In this document: piece by piece, positions 1 through 8,233 of the stretch
Layout of the letters: the number at the start of each line of letters is the position of its first letter
Position numbering within the stretch: the stretch's first letter is position 1
NCBI GenBank assembly: GCA_039920385.1
Contig: JBDSDR010000004.1
Span: forward strand, 20,125 to 84,124
Source of the DNA: Candidatus Saccharimonadales bacterium
GTDB lineage: Bacteria > Patescibacteriota > Saccharimonadia > Saccharimonadales > JAUPVS01
Length of the DNA: 64,000 nucleotides
Reading direction: 5' to 3'
Program-made: the position numbers and the translations under genes
Notes under the pieces: generated by a model
The model's database searches: none
What the model was told of the DNA's origin: nothing
Seen by the model: only the letters and a program-made list of their open reading frames with translations

Positions 1-125
1 CATAGTAAGGTTGCCATTTTTTCATCACGACCGCGCTTGTGCAAGTAGTAGCAGCGTGTTGCCAAACTCGCTAAGCGGCGAGTCCGGTAGCGCTTTATGG
101 CGGCAATTGATTGTTGCTTCATAAA

Positions 126-284
126 TTATTTTCTGGCAAAGCCAATCAAGAATAGGACGACAGTTGAAACAATTGATGCTAGAAATAATTCAAAAACTTC
201 CGTGGCATTAGTACGCGTAATGGCCATTAATATGACGGCTATCCAAATCAATAGTATGGTAAAGAAAATTGATATATATTTCAT
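126..284 (-). CDS. small hydrophobic membrane peptide (52 aa)
   Basis: Below the 60-aa cutoff of the ORF track. Translation MKYISIFFTILLIWIAVILMAITRTNATEVFELFLASIVSTVVLFLIGFARK gives two hydrophobic segments. A minus-strand sigma70-like promoter lies upstream: TTGTCA, 16-17 nt, TATAAT. A hairpin plus T-run follows the stop near nt 60-90. Confidence 0.3.
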   Translation of the reverse strand: MKYISIFFTILLIWIAVILMAITRTNATEVFELFLASIVSTVVLFLIGFARK

Positions 285-480
285 CTCATCTAATTATAGT
301 ACAGATAGTTGACAATAAGCATGAGCGTGGCCTAGATTGGCATTTTATACTTACTATCATTACCTGTTTTGTTAGGGTTATCCCGCTATATTATCGCCGA
401 CATGTAAAAGAAGGGCCTATATCTGGCATCAAAAGCACTTCTAAGGTATAATCACATCTGTTATTCTCGGTATATAGTTT

Positions 481-557
481 CGGGGTGTGGCGCAGTTGGC
501 TAGCGCGCGCGGTTTGGGACCGCGAGGTCGAAGGTTCGAGTCCTTTCACCCCGACCA
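481..557 (+). tRNA. tRNA-Pro (anticodon TGG)
   Basis: Cloverleaf readable by eye. Acceptor CGGGGTG pairs with CACCCCG. Anticodon stem CGCGG/CCGCG with loop TTTGGGA. T-arm GAAGG-TTCGAGT-CCTTT. Discriminator A and an encoded CCA. Confidence 0.88.
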
Positions 558-566
558 AAGAAAAAC

Positions 567-594
567 GGGTCACTAATAAAGTGGCCCTTTTTCT
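567..594 (+). terminator. rho-independent terminator after tRNA-Pro
   Basis: GGGTCAC-taataaa-GTGGCCC hairpin with one G-U pair, followed by TTTTT. Confidence 0.6.
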
Positions 595-726
595 TTGTCT
601 TCATAAAAGAGCAAATTTTGACAGGTTGGCACCACAGACTAAGTCACCCCCAGTATTTTTATTGACATAATCTTCATTATGTACAACACTTATGCTAATA
701 CTCAAAAATAAAAAGGATGACCATAT

Positions 727-2367
727 ATGGCAGCCACCAGAAAAAAATCAGTATCACGCTCTGCTAAAGGTAAGAAATCACCTTTCAAAAAATTACTAAA
801 TGCTCTTAACCCAGCAACTCCCAAGGGGCGTTTTCTACTCTTCGTTGTTTTGTTTGCGCTTATTGGCGGCGGCTATATGGCCTATCGTAGTTTTGCGGCC
901 ACAATTAGTACGCCTGTTTATTATCTTAACAACGGTAATGATGGCAGCCCACCAGAGGCGGTATTTGCGTTTGGGAACCCCGGCGATAAACCGGTAGCTT
1001 GTGACTGGGACGGTAATCGTTCGGATGGGATTGGAGTCTGGCAAGATCCAAGCGTGACTTTCCACCTTTCTGACACATTGGCTCCAACCAATGTTAATAG
1101 AGTTTTGTCGTTTGGAAACCACGGTGATATGCCAGTTTGTGGCGATTGGAACGGAGATGGCCGAGCCGGAGTTGGTGTCTTTCGCCCTAGCAACTTTACT
1201 TGGTACCTATCAGATGAAGTGGCCCCAAATAAAGTTAGTAAGACAGTTGCCTTTGGCCAAGCTGGTGACATACCGTTAGTTTGTGACTGGGACGGTAACG
1301 GTAGGGACGACATAGGTGTCTATCGTCCGAGCAATAGCACTTTCTACCTTTCTTTTAGCACGCTTGGTTTTACAGACCTTACCATACCGTTCGGTAACCC
1401 GGGTGATATGCCAGTTTGTGGTAACTGGGATGGCGTTGGTGGTGACGGTCTAGGTGTCTACCGCCCGAGCAACTCAACATTTTACTTATCGGATAGTGTA
1501 AAGCCAACAAATGTTAATCATCAGTTTATTTATGGCAATCCGGGTGACAAGCCGGTAGTTGGTGACTGGGACGGTAATGGCATTACTTCGGTCGGTATTT
1601 ATCGCAATACTTCACTTCCGTCGCCCGCCAAAACAACCTATACCTGCACCGGTGATACAACCATAGAAGTTAAAGATAAGGCCACTTGTGATGCCATACT
1701 TACTTATGCCAGGATTGGTCGCGAACAAGCGGCCGCTCAACCGACTGCTCCTCAAGCAGTCACTAATGTCGGTACCCCGACGCTTAGTTTGGGGGCTAAT
1801 GGTGCGGCTGTGTCGTCACTTCAGCAGCGTCTAGCCAACCGGGGTTTCTGGATAGCCGTGTCGGGTGATTTTAACCAAGCTACTGATGTTACCGTGAAGT
1901 CATTCCAGAAAGTTCGTGACATTACGGCCGATGGCGTGGTGGGTCCTCAAACTTACGGCCAACTCGACGCTGCTGAAGCTGAAGGCTGGGTCTTTAACCC
2001 GAACGACCCAAGGTTGGGCGGGCCATCTGCTCCGACTGCCGTAGCGGTAATTGTAGATAGGACTACCAATCAGCAACCGTCTACTTTGCCAACAGCTGAT
2101 GCCATAAATACATTCTTCGCCCTACTAAGAGCCGCCGAAATTGCTGCCCAAGCCCAAGCCGCCCAGGACGCTGCTAATGCTGCCGCTCAGGCCGCCGCCC
2201 AGCAGTCGGCCGCCCAGAGGATTGCTGCCCAGGTAGCCGCTCAGAGAGCCGCAGACGAGTTAGCCAGACGGGTACGCGCAGCTCAAATTGCTCAAAACTT
2301 ACGTAATCGTCTTTCACCATGCCCACCAATTGAGCCGGGTGACCTGATAACTTGCATCAACTGGTAG
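727..2367 (+). CDS. secreted/membrane-anchored repeat protein: about six FG-GAP/VCBS-like repeats, a peptidoglycan-binding domain and an Ala/Gln-rich tail
   Basis: AAGGA RBS upstream. Basic N-terminus followed by a TM helix. Six copies of roughly FGNPGD.PV.GDW(D/N)G.G..D.GVYRPSN.TFYLS (FG-GAP-like, suggesting a beta-propeller). A PG_binding_1-like segment (LQQRLANRGFW...DGVVGPQTYGQL). A low-complexity AAQAQAAQDAANAAAQAAAQQSAAQR tail. Confidence 0.8.
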   Translation: MAATRKKSVSRSAKGKKSPFKKLLNALNPATPKGRFLLFVVLFALIGGGYMAYRSFAATISTPVYYLNNGNDGSPPEAVFAFGNPGDKPVACDWDGNRSDGIGVWQDPSVTFHLSDTLAPTNVNRVLSFGNHGDMPVCGDWNGDGRAGVGVFRPSNFTWYLSDEVAPNKVSKTVAFGQAGDIPLVCDWDGNGRDDIGVYRPSNSTFYLSFSTLGFTDLTIPFGNPGDMPVCGNWDGVGGDGLGVYRPSNSTFYLSDSVKPTNVNHQFIYGNPGDKPVVGDWDGNGITSVGIYRNTSLPSPAKTTYTCTGDTTIEVKDKATCDAILTYARIGREQAAAQPTAPQAVTNVGTPTLSLGANGAAVSSLQQRLANRGFWIAVSGDFNQATDVTVKSFQKVRDITADGVVGPQTYGQLDAAEAEGWVFNPNDPRLGGPSAPTAVAVIVDRTTNQQPSTLPTADAINTFFALLRAAEIAAQAQAAQDAANAAAQAAAQQSAAQRIAAQVAAQRAADELARRVRAAQIAQNLRNRLSPCPPIEPGDLITCINW

Positions 2368-2395
2368 AAATAATATTTTAAAAAAGGATAAATTA

Positions 2396-2830
2396 ATGAA
2401 TAAACTTACACAAATGAAGAAACCGCTAATCGTACTACTGGTGGCCGTAATAACTATCGGAGCCTTTTTGGCAGGCTTTTATGTGCGACCTTCTTATGAC
2501 AAACGACAATTTTCTGGTAGTACCAAAGCTGCCCAGGACTTCGTCAAAGACCTGACCTCAGGTAATAATGACGCGGCCTATGCTATGACATCTAAGGTTT
2601 TGCAAGAGCAACAAGACAAAGCCGCCTTTACCAGCGCAGTTGGCGAGCTTAAGTCTGAAAAACCAGAGTTACAAAAGCCGCAAGCCGTCAAGAATGGCGA
2701 TATGGTTCTGTACTACCAAAGAGTTCTAAATTTGCCAAAAAGTGCCAAGGGCAGTACCTCCGGCCTTTTCTACATCACGTTAGTTAAAGAAGATGGTAAA
2801 TGGAAGGTTTCCAGCCTTAACGTACAGTAG
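2396..2830 (+). CDS. hypothetical membrane-anchored protein
   Basis: AAGGA RBS. N-terminal TM (LIVLLVAVITIGAFLAGFYV) followed by a soluble roughly 100-aa domain. No recognisable motif. Confidence 0.65.
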   Translation: MNKLTQMKKPLIVLLVAVITIGAFLAGFYVRPSYDKRQFSGSTKAAQDFVKDLTSGNNDAAYAMTSKVLQEQQDKAAFTSAVGELKSEKPELQKPQAVKNGDMVLYYQRVLNLPKSAKGSTSGLFYITLVKEDGKWKVSSLNVQ

Positions 2831-2832
2831 GT

Positions 2833-3414
2833 TTGCATATGAAGCGGCTAAAAGTTATTAACAGTACGCTTTTAGCATTAATCATTCTGATTAATTGCTA
2901 CATCGTGGTTAGCCCATTTATACCCGGCCTGCAGTATTGGTACAAGAATCACTTTGTAACCAAACAACGAGCCCAACTAAGTAAGTCTATTAAACAGGGG
3001 GCTACTTATGAAGGTCCAAATAAGCTAGTCATACCGCAAATTTTCGCAGACCAGCCGGTTCTAGAAGGCCCGAACGTTTATACCGCCGTTAAAGGCGTTT
3101 GGCGGTTACCAACTAGTAGCACCCCAGACAAAGGTGGTAATACAGTTTTAATTGGACACCGTTTCTTGTATAGCAGTACGCCATCGTTTTTTTACAATCT
3201 AGATAAAGTGCACCAAGGCAATCGAATTGGTATTTTTTGGGATAATAAGCAATACCTATATGAAGTCAGCGAGGTTAAAGTTGTTAGCCCTGAGGCAATA
3301 GATATCGAAGCCCCGACTAAAGATAGCCGGCTAACTTTGTATACCTGTACGCCTCTATGGACCTCTAAGAGCCGACTAGTGGTAATTGCTCATCTAGTTG
3401 GGGGCAAACAATGA
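2833..3414 (+). CDS. sortase (class E-like transpeptidase)
   Basis: N-terminal TM. Conserved His region (VLIGHRF). Active-site TLxTC motif (RLTLYTCTP). Downstream Arg region (RLVVIAH). The true start may be the second ATG, at 2839. Confidence 0.8.
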   Translation: MHMKRLKVINSTLLALIILINCYIVVSPFIPGLQYWYKNHFVTKQRAQLSKSIKQGATYEGPNKLVIPQIFADQPVLEGPNVYTAVKGVWRLPTSSTPDKGGNTVLIGHRFLYSSTPSFFYNLDKVHQGNRIGIFWDNKQYLYEVSEVKVVSPEAIDIEAPTKDSRLTLYTCTPLWTSKSRLVVIAHLVGGKQ

Positions 3415-3521
3415 GCGAACAAAGAAAATTCTGGGTACTACTATTGTTGCTGATTATCAGTATAGTCTTAGCAATCTATATAAAAGACGTTGTCAACCAG
3501 AACTTTATTGGTCAATTTTAG
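3411..3521 (+). CDS. 36-aa single-TM peptide translationally coupled to the sortase
   Basis: ATGA start/stop overlap with the sortase stop. GGGGG SD 6-8 nt upstream. Translation MSEQRKFWVLLLLLIISIVLAIYIKDVVNQNFIGQF. Too short for the ORF track. Confidence 0.35.
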   Translation: MSEQRKFWVLLLLLIISIVLAIYIKDVVNQNFIGQF

Positions 3522-3756
3522 GTTTTTTGGTAGACTTCTTGCTTTTTCGCCAGAAGCGGACTAACAGGGCTAGAGCCATGACGATTACAGCCACAACCAC
3601 AAATATGCCGATCGTTAAGCCGGTGTTGGCAAGAGAACTACTACTTGATGTAGGTGTTGATTGTGTTGGGCAAGTATTATAGCTGCTAGCACCATAACTA
3701 TCACAGCCATAGGCTTGAGCAAAATACGTCGGTAAGGTTATAAAACTGTCTGTCAT
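3505..3756 (-). CDS. small protein consisting essentially of a C-terminal cell-wall sorting signal (LANTG, TM, basic tail)
   Basis: C-terminus reads SSSSSLANTG, then a 23-residue hydrophobic stretch (LTIGIFVVVAVIVMALALLV), then RFWRKSKKSTKKPK. This is a textbook sortase sorting signal with the LAxTG variant preferred by class E sortases. No N-terminal signal peptide is visible, so it may be a remnant or use a non-classical start. Confidence 0.4.
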   Translation of the reverse strand: MTDSFITLPTYFAQAYGCDSYGASSYNTCPTQSTPTSSSSSLANTGLTIGIFVVVAVIVMALALLVRFWRKSKKSTKKPKIDQ

Positions 3757-3862
3757 ATATTGTGCTCATAATATATCACCAACTAAAACTTGTAAAATAA
3801 ACTTAAGCTTATTATACTGAAACTATAAAAACGTAGTAGAATATAAAAAAGGTAGCAAAAAA

Positions 3863-4069
3863 ATGAAAGATCAATTAGACGCCCTGCTGAAGCAAGAAAT
3901 GACTCGCAAAGAGTTCCTGCAATATATTGGTGGTGCACTTTTGGTTTCTTTTGGGGTAACAAACCTACTGAAGTCATTAATGCAGAGTAAGCCAAATCAA
4001 CAGAAATCTATGCTTGATTATGGTAGTAGTGCTTACGGTGGCTCCAAGAAAACTTTACAAGGTTTGTAA
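3863..4069 (+). CDS. small membrane protein upstream of tatA
   Basis: GGTAGCAAAAAA ATG context. One TM helix (YIGGALLVSFGVTNLL). Same orientation as tatA and tatC, about 70 nt upstream. Confidence 0.45.
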   Translation: MKDQLDALLKQEMTRKEFLQYIGGALLVSFGVTNLLKSLMQSKPNQQKSMLDYGSSAYGGSKKTLQGL

Positions 4070-4142
4070 ATAACACATCTTTATTGGCCATTGTAAGCGC
4101 TAATGGTGTGATATATAATGGTTTCATAAAGAAGGAGACAGA

Positions 4143-4340
4143 ATGTTTGGATTGGGATTACCAGAATTAATTATTATACTCGTGGTATTGTTATTGCTTT
4201 TTGGAAGCACAAAACTGCCAAAGTTAGCTCGTAGCATTGGCGAATCAGCTCAAGAGCTACAAAAGGGTTTTGAAGGCGGGAAGACTTCAGAATCAACAAA
4301 ATCTGAAAAGACCGCTGTCAAAAAAACTACAACAAAATAA
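4143..4340 (+). CDS. tatA: twin-arginine translocase subunit TatA/E
   Basis: MFGLGLPELIIILVVLLLLFGSTKLPKLARSIGES is the canonical TatA TM helix plus amphipathic helix. GGAGA RBS. Confidence 0.9.
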   Translation: MFGLGLPELIIILVVLLLLFGSTKLPKLARSIGESAQELQKGFEGGKTSESTKSEKTAVKKTTTK

Positions 4341-4355
4341 GGAGTTAATAGGCAT

Positions 4356-5312
4356 ATGACGCCGGCAAATTCGGTACCATTTGCTGAGCATGTGAGTGAA
4401 CTGCGTAAGCGGTTCATGTGGATCCTAGTATTTGTAGCAATTGGTGGGACCGCAGGCTATGTTCTGCATGATGAGTTAATGAAAATCCTGCAAGCTCCCT
4501 TGCACGATTCTTTGTATTACAGCAACCCAGCTGGTGCCTTTAGTTTTGTCATGAAGTTGTGTGTGACGTTTGGTTTAGTTGTAGCTATACCGGCGGTTAG
4601 CTACCATATATTTGGTTTCTTCGGGCCAATCATACCGTCCAAGACCAAACGGGCCACAATTCTTTACATAAGCCTATCAGTAATAATGGCGGCTCTGGGT
4701 ATTTGTTTTGCCTACTTTGTGAGCTTGCCAGCCTCTCTCCATTTCTTAACAACCTTCGGTAACAGTGGCGATATTCACGCCCTGATTACGGCCGATGAGT
4801 ATTTTAGTTTCGTACTAACTTATATTGCTGGGTTCGCTATTTTATTTCAGGTTCCGTTAATAATTATCTTCATAAACCGCTTTAAACCTTTGCCGCCAAA
4901 AAAATTGATGGGGGCAACTCGGTACGTAATAGTGATCAGCTTCATCGTGGCGGCAGTTATTACACCAACGCCAGACCCAATGAACCAGTCAATCATGGCT
5001 TTCCCGATTATCTTTCTCTATTTGATGTCTGTAGTCGTGGTGGCCCTACACCCGCGGCGGCTCAAACAGGCTAAGCAGCAAAGACGTTTGGCCAAACAAA
5101 AGCCAGTTGTTGCAGTGACGCGGCGGCCCATCGTCATCCCGAATATTGCAGTTGTTACGACGGTCGTTGATGAGCCTCGGGTGGATAGGGGCCTGCCGCC
5201 AAAACCACGATTAATTTCTGATTTTAACTTCAAACCTCGTCAGCTGAGTAGACAGCCTAAACGAACTTTTATTAATGATGTTAGCGTCCGTCCACGGACA
5301 GCTCAAGCTTAG
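4356..5312 (+). CDS. tatC: twin-arginine translocase subunit TatC with a basic/Pro-rich C-terminal extension
   Basis: Six predicted TM helices. TatC-like N-terminus (HVSELRKRFMWILV). Sits directly after tatA. The roughly 80-aa C-terminal tail is low-complexity and basic. Confidence 0.88.
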   Translation: MTPANSVPFAEHVSELRKRFMWILVFVAIGGTAGYVLHDELMKILQAPLHDSLYYSNPAGAFSFVMKLCVTFGLVVAIPAVSYHIFGFFGPIIPSKTKRATILYISLSVIMAALGICFAYFVSLPASLHFLTTFGNSGDIHALITADEYFSFVLTYIAGFAILFQVPLIIIFINRFKPLPPKKLMGATRYVIVISFIVAAVITPTPDPMNQSIMAFPIIFLYLMSVVVVALHPRRLKQAKQQRRLAKQKPVVAVTRRPIVIPNIAVVTTVVDEPRVDRGLPPKPRLISDFNFKPRQLSRQPKRTFINDVSVRPRTAQA

Positions 5313-5325
5313 CCTGTAAGGTACA

Positions 5326-5976
5326 ATGGTGACTATGAGTCTATTGATAGCGTTGTCTGGCGTCTTTGCACTGTTGGTTACGTCAGAGTTGTTATGGAGG
5401 CAAGGCATTGTCCGGGGTGAGCTGGCCCGTAAGTTAGTCCATATTAGTGTCGGAACATTTGTGGCCTTCTGGCCGTACTTTATGAGTTGGCAACAAATAC
5501 AGCTGATGAGTTTGGCTTTCTTTGCGGTGGTTCTAGTCTCCTTTAAGATGAATGTTTTTCATGCCATTCACAGTGTAAAACGCAAAACTTGGGGAGAGCT
5601 CTTATTCCCAATTGGCATTGGCCTGAGTGCTTTAATTATGCCAGCACCGATTGTCTTCACTGCCGCAATCCTTCATCTTTCATTGGCAGATGGTTTTGCG
5701 GCGGTAGTCGGTAAACACTACGGCGTACTCCATCAGTACACAATTCGTAACTATACTAAGACGCTGGCTGGCACGCTGGTGTTTTTCGTTATATCGCTAC
5801 TAATTGTAACTGGTGCCGTGCTAATTAGTGGGACGGTTGTTACTTGGCCAATAGTACCGCTTCTTATCTGGCTGCCAGCTGCCGCTACGGCTGTTGAGAA
5901 TATCTCTCTGGCTGGCACTGACAATATTTTCGTACCGTTGTTAGTTATTTTGGTTTTGCAGACCGTTATTGTTTAG
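5326..5976 (+). CDS. polytopic membrane protein, CTP-transferase/dolichol(phytol)-kinase-like family
   Basis: About 6 TM helices. RKLVHISVG and a C-terminal pattern typical of CdsA/dolichol-kinase-like enzymes. The family assignment is from motif memory only. Confidence 0.55.
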   Translation: MVTMSLLIALSGVFALLVTSELLWRQGIVRGELARKLVHISVGTFVAFWPYFMSWQQIQLMSLAFFAVVLVSFKMNVFHAIHSVKRKTWGELLFPIGIGLSALIMPAPIVFTAAILHLSLADGFAAVVGKHYGVLHQYTIRNYTKTLAGTLVFFVISLLIVTGAVLISGTVVTWPIVPLLIWLPAAATAVENISLAGTDNIFVPLLVILVLQTVIV

Positions 5977-7801
5977 TTTTTTGAAATGATCCATGGGCTC
6001 GTAAAGCGTTAAAAATGACGATGACATCAACTACTTCCTGCAGGCCAGCTCCGTAGATTGGTTTAAATTTACCAGTTGCAAACACGACCATCAACAGGAC
6101 ACTGATACCGATTCCGACCAAAATACTTTGTCGGGCGATAAAGAATGTCCGCTTGGAGATATCTACGGCCATCGCCACGCGACTTAGGTCATCAAGCATA
6201 ATAACTACATCGGCTGATTCGCTAGCAGCGGTTGAGCCCCGGGCACCGAGAGCAATACCGACATCAGCGGCAGTAAGGACGGGCGCGTCATTAACACCAT
6301 CACCCACAAATGCTACTGGACCATGCTGGATAGCTGAGATGGCGGTTAGTTTATCGGCTGGCAATGCATTAGCTCGCACATCAGTAACACCTATTTTCTT
6401 AGCAATCGTGTTGGCGCTGGAACTATTATCACCGGTTACCATCAGGATGTGGCGGATTCCTAGTTCCTTTAGTTTAGCTAGGGTAGATTTTGCTTCGGGT
6501 CGTAATTCATCTGTGAACTCAATAACACCGGCCAATTGATCGGCCATCGCTACAAAAACAGTGGTCGTGGCTGTCTGCAGTTTAGTTGGTATGGCAATCC
6601 CGGCCTTCTCGAGTAGCAACTGGTTACCAACTAGAACGGTCTGCCTATCAACTGTTCCGGTTAACCCATAGCCCGGTTTTTCGTGGAGTTGCTTGACCTT
6701 ACTGAGCTTGAGAGATTGGCTGCTGGCGGCTTGGACAATTGTGAGTGCTAATATATGGTTTGAGTTTTGCTCAAGGCTGGCAGCAGTTTTTAGAACGTCA
6801 TCGGCTGTAAAGTTATTAAAAGTTTTTATCTTGCCAACGACTGGCTTACCGACCGTTAAAGTACCGGTTTTATCAAAAGCAATAGTTTTAACTTCAGCCA
6901 GTTTTTCTAGCGATGAGCCAGTTTTAACGATGATCCCATGTTTGGCAGCACGGCTCATCCCAGAAATAAGTGCAATAGGAGCGGCCAATAGTAAGGGGCA
7001 AGGCGTGGCTACAATAATGACTTGTAAGAACCGTATAGGGTCACCAGAGGCATACCAGACGCTGCCGGCTAGAATATATGCAAATAGTGTAAAAGGTATG
7101 CTGTAACGATCGGCTAGACGCACAAAAGGTGACTGGTTACTGGCAGCGCTTTTGACCAAGGCAATTATTTGTTCGTATTGGCTATCGGCCGCCACTCGTA
7201 GGGCCTTTACGGTCAGAGCTCCTTCTAGATTGACTGAACCACTGAGTAGTTCATCGCCGATATCTTTTTGGACTGGCAAACTTTCACCGGTCAGGCTAGA
7301 TTCGTCGATAGCTGCGTGACCTTCTATTACAGTGGCATCAACTGGAATTAATTCACCAGGTTTAATTAAGAGTTTATCGCCGACTGCGACTTTACTGGCC
7401 AGTATCTCAACGATTTTCCCTTTCTTAATAAGATGGGCTTTTTTTGGAGCTCGCTTAAGCAGGGCATCAAGTTCGGTTTTGGCACGACGTTCGGCGTAGT
7501 CTTCAAGCGCCTCACCACCTGTTAACATCAGCACCACTATAATTCCCGCCCAGTACTCTTTGAGGGCAACCGAGGCAATTATAGCCGTGGCTGCTAGGAT
7601 GTCTACACCATAACTACCGTCACGGACACTCTGCACCATTCCTAGAACCAGCGGGATTGCCGATAAGGCTCCGGTTACGCCAAGAATAATGTTGGCAATA
7701 GTAGTCTGGCCGGCAATAGTTAAAGCCAGACTTGCTAGGACGGCAATAATAACGATTGCTAGGTGTTTATAAGTTCTAAAAAAGTTGATAAGTTTTTTCA
7801 T
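5966..7801 (-). CDS. P-type ATPase, heavy-metal (P1B-like) transporter lacking an N-terminal metal-binding domain
   Basis: DKTGTLT phosphorylation motif. GDGVNDAP hinge. TGES actuator motif (LTGES). TM motif TPCPLL (a PCP-type P1B signature). 611 aa with no HMA domain. Confidence 0.88.
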   Translation of the reverse strand: MKKLINFFRTYKHLAIVIIAVLASLALTIAGQTTIANIILGVTGALSAIPLVLGMVQSVRDGSYGVDILAATAIIASVALKEYWAGIIVVLMLTGGEALEDYAERRAKTELDALLKRAPKKAHLIKKGKIVEILASKVAVGDKLLIKPGELIPVDATVIEGHAAIDESSLTGESLPVQKDIGDELLSGSVNLEGALTVKALRVAADSQYEQIIALVKSAASNQSPFVRLADRYSIPFTLFAYILAGSVWYASGDPIRFLQVIIVATPCPLLLAAPIALISGMSRAAKHGIIVKTGSSLEKLAEVKTIAFDKTGTLTVGKPVVGKIKTFNNFTADDVLKTAASLEQNSNHILALTIVQAASSQSLKLSKVKQLHEKPGYGLTGTVDRQTVLVGNQLLLEKAGIAIPTKLQTATTTVFVAMADQLAGVIEFTDELRPEAKSTLAKLKELGIRHILMVTGDNSSSANTIAKKIGVTDVRANALPADKLTAISAIQHGPVAFVGDGVNDAPVLTAADVGIALGARGSTAASESADVVIMLDDLSRVAMAVDISKRTFFIARQSILVGIGISVLLMVVFATGKFKPIYGAGLQEVVDVIVIFNALRAHGSFQKTKQ

Positions 7802-7858
7802 ATCTATCTAGTATACCAAGAAGTGTGTCATCTGGCTCTATCTGATACAATACTGCTT

Positions 7859-8233
7859 ATGGTCATATGGTTAAGTCTCCGCTGGTGGTACGGTGCCGGC
7901 TGGCAATGGGCAATGCAACGGGCAATTGTTCAGCGACTGCAATGGTGTGGTGAGACCTTCTCGATGGCGCCACTGTTACGGACTTTATTTGCTCCATTCA
8001 AGCAAACTTACAACAATGGTGGTGGCTCAATCGATGTCAAGCTACACGCTTTTATGGACAACATTATTTCAAGGTTCGTGGGCTTTTTCGCTCGAAGCTT
8101 CATTTTGTTTGCCGGATTAGTCGCTAGTTTTTTTGTACTGATTACGGGCATGGCGTTTGTGGCCTTATGGCCGTTTGCGCCATTCGCGGCACCGATTAGT
8201 TTGGTAATGATTGCGTTAGGTGTAGGCAGGTAA
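7859..8233 (+). CDS. small membrane protein translationally coupled to the downstream Clp-type ATPase
   Basis: The ORF-track start at 7763 overlaps the convergent ATPase gene, so the internal ATG at 7859 is more plausible. Trp-rich N-terminus and two C-terminal TM helices. Its stop overlaps the next start (TAATG). Confidence 0.55.
   Translation: MVIWLSLRWWYGAGWQWAMQRAIVQRLQWCGETFSMAPLLRTLFAPFKQTYNNGGGSIDVKLHAFMDNIISRFVGFFARSFILFAGLVASFFVLITGMAFVALWPFAPFAAPISLVMIALGVGR

Noticed and set aside
97-451. Plus-strand ORFs 97..312 and 269..451 at the window start
   Set aside because: They have no RBS or motifs, and an AT-rich promoter-like region overlies them. The minus-strand small membrane ORF (126..284) with a promoter and terminator is the more plausible reading. 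The region is otherwise the tRNA-Pro upstream region.
835-1313. Minus-strand ORFs of 95 and 130 aa inside the repeat-protein gene
   Set aside because: They are fully embedded antisense to a strongly supported 546-aa gene with clear repeats and domains. They are the typical shadow ORFs expected in GC-biased repeat sequence.
6153-7106. Plus-strand ORFs (128 and 137 aa) antisense to the P-type ATPase
   Set aside because: They lie antisense within a gene carrying all P-type ATPase catalytic motifs. They have no RBS and show Ala/Ser/Arg-rich shadow-frame composition.
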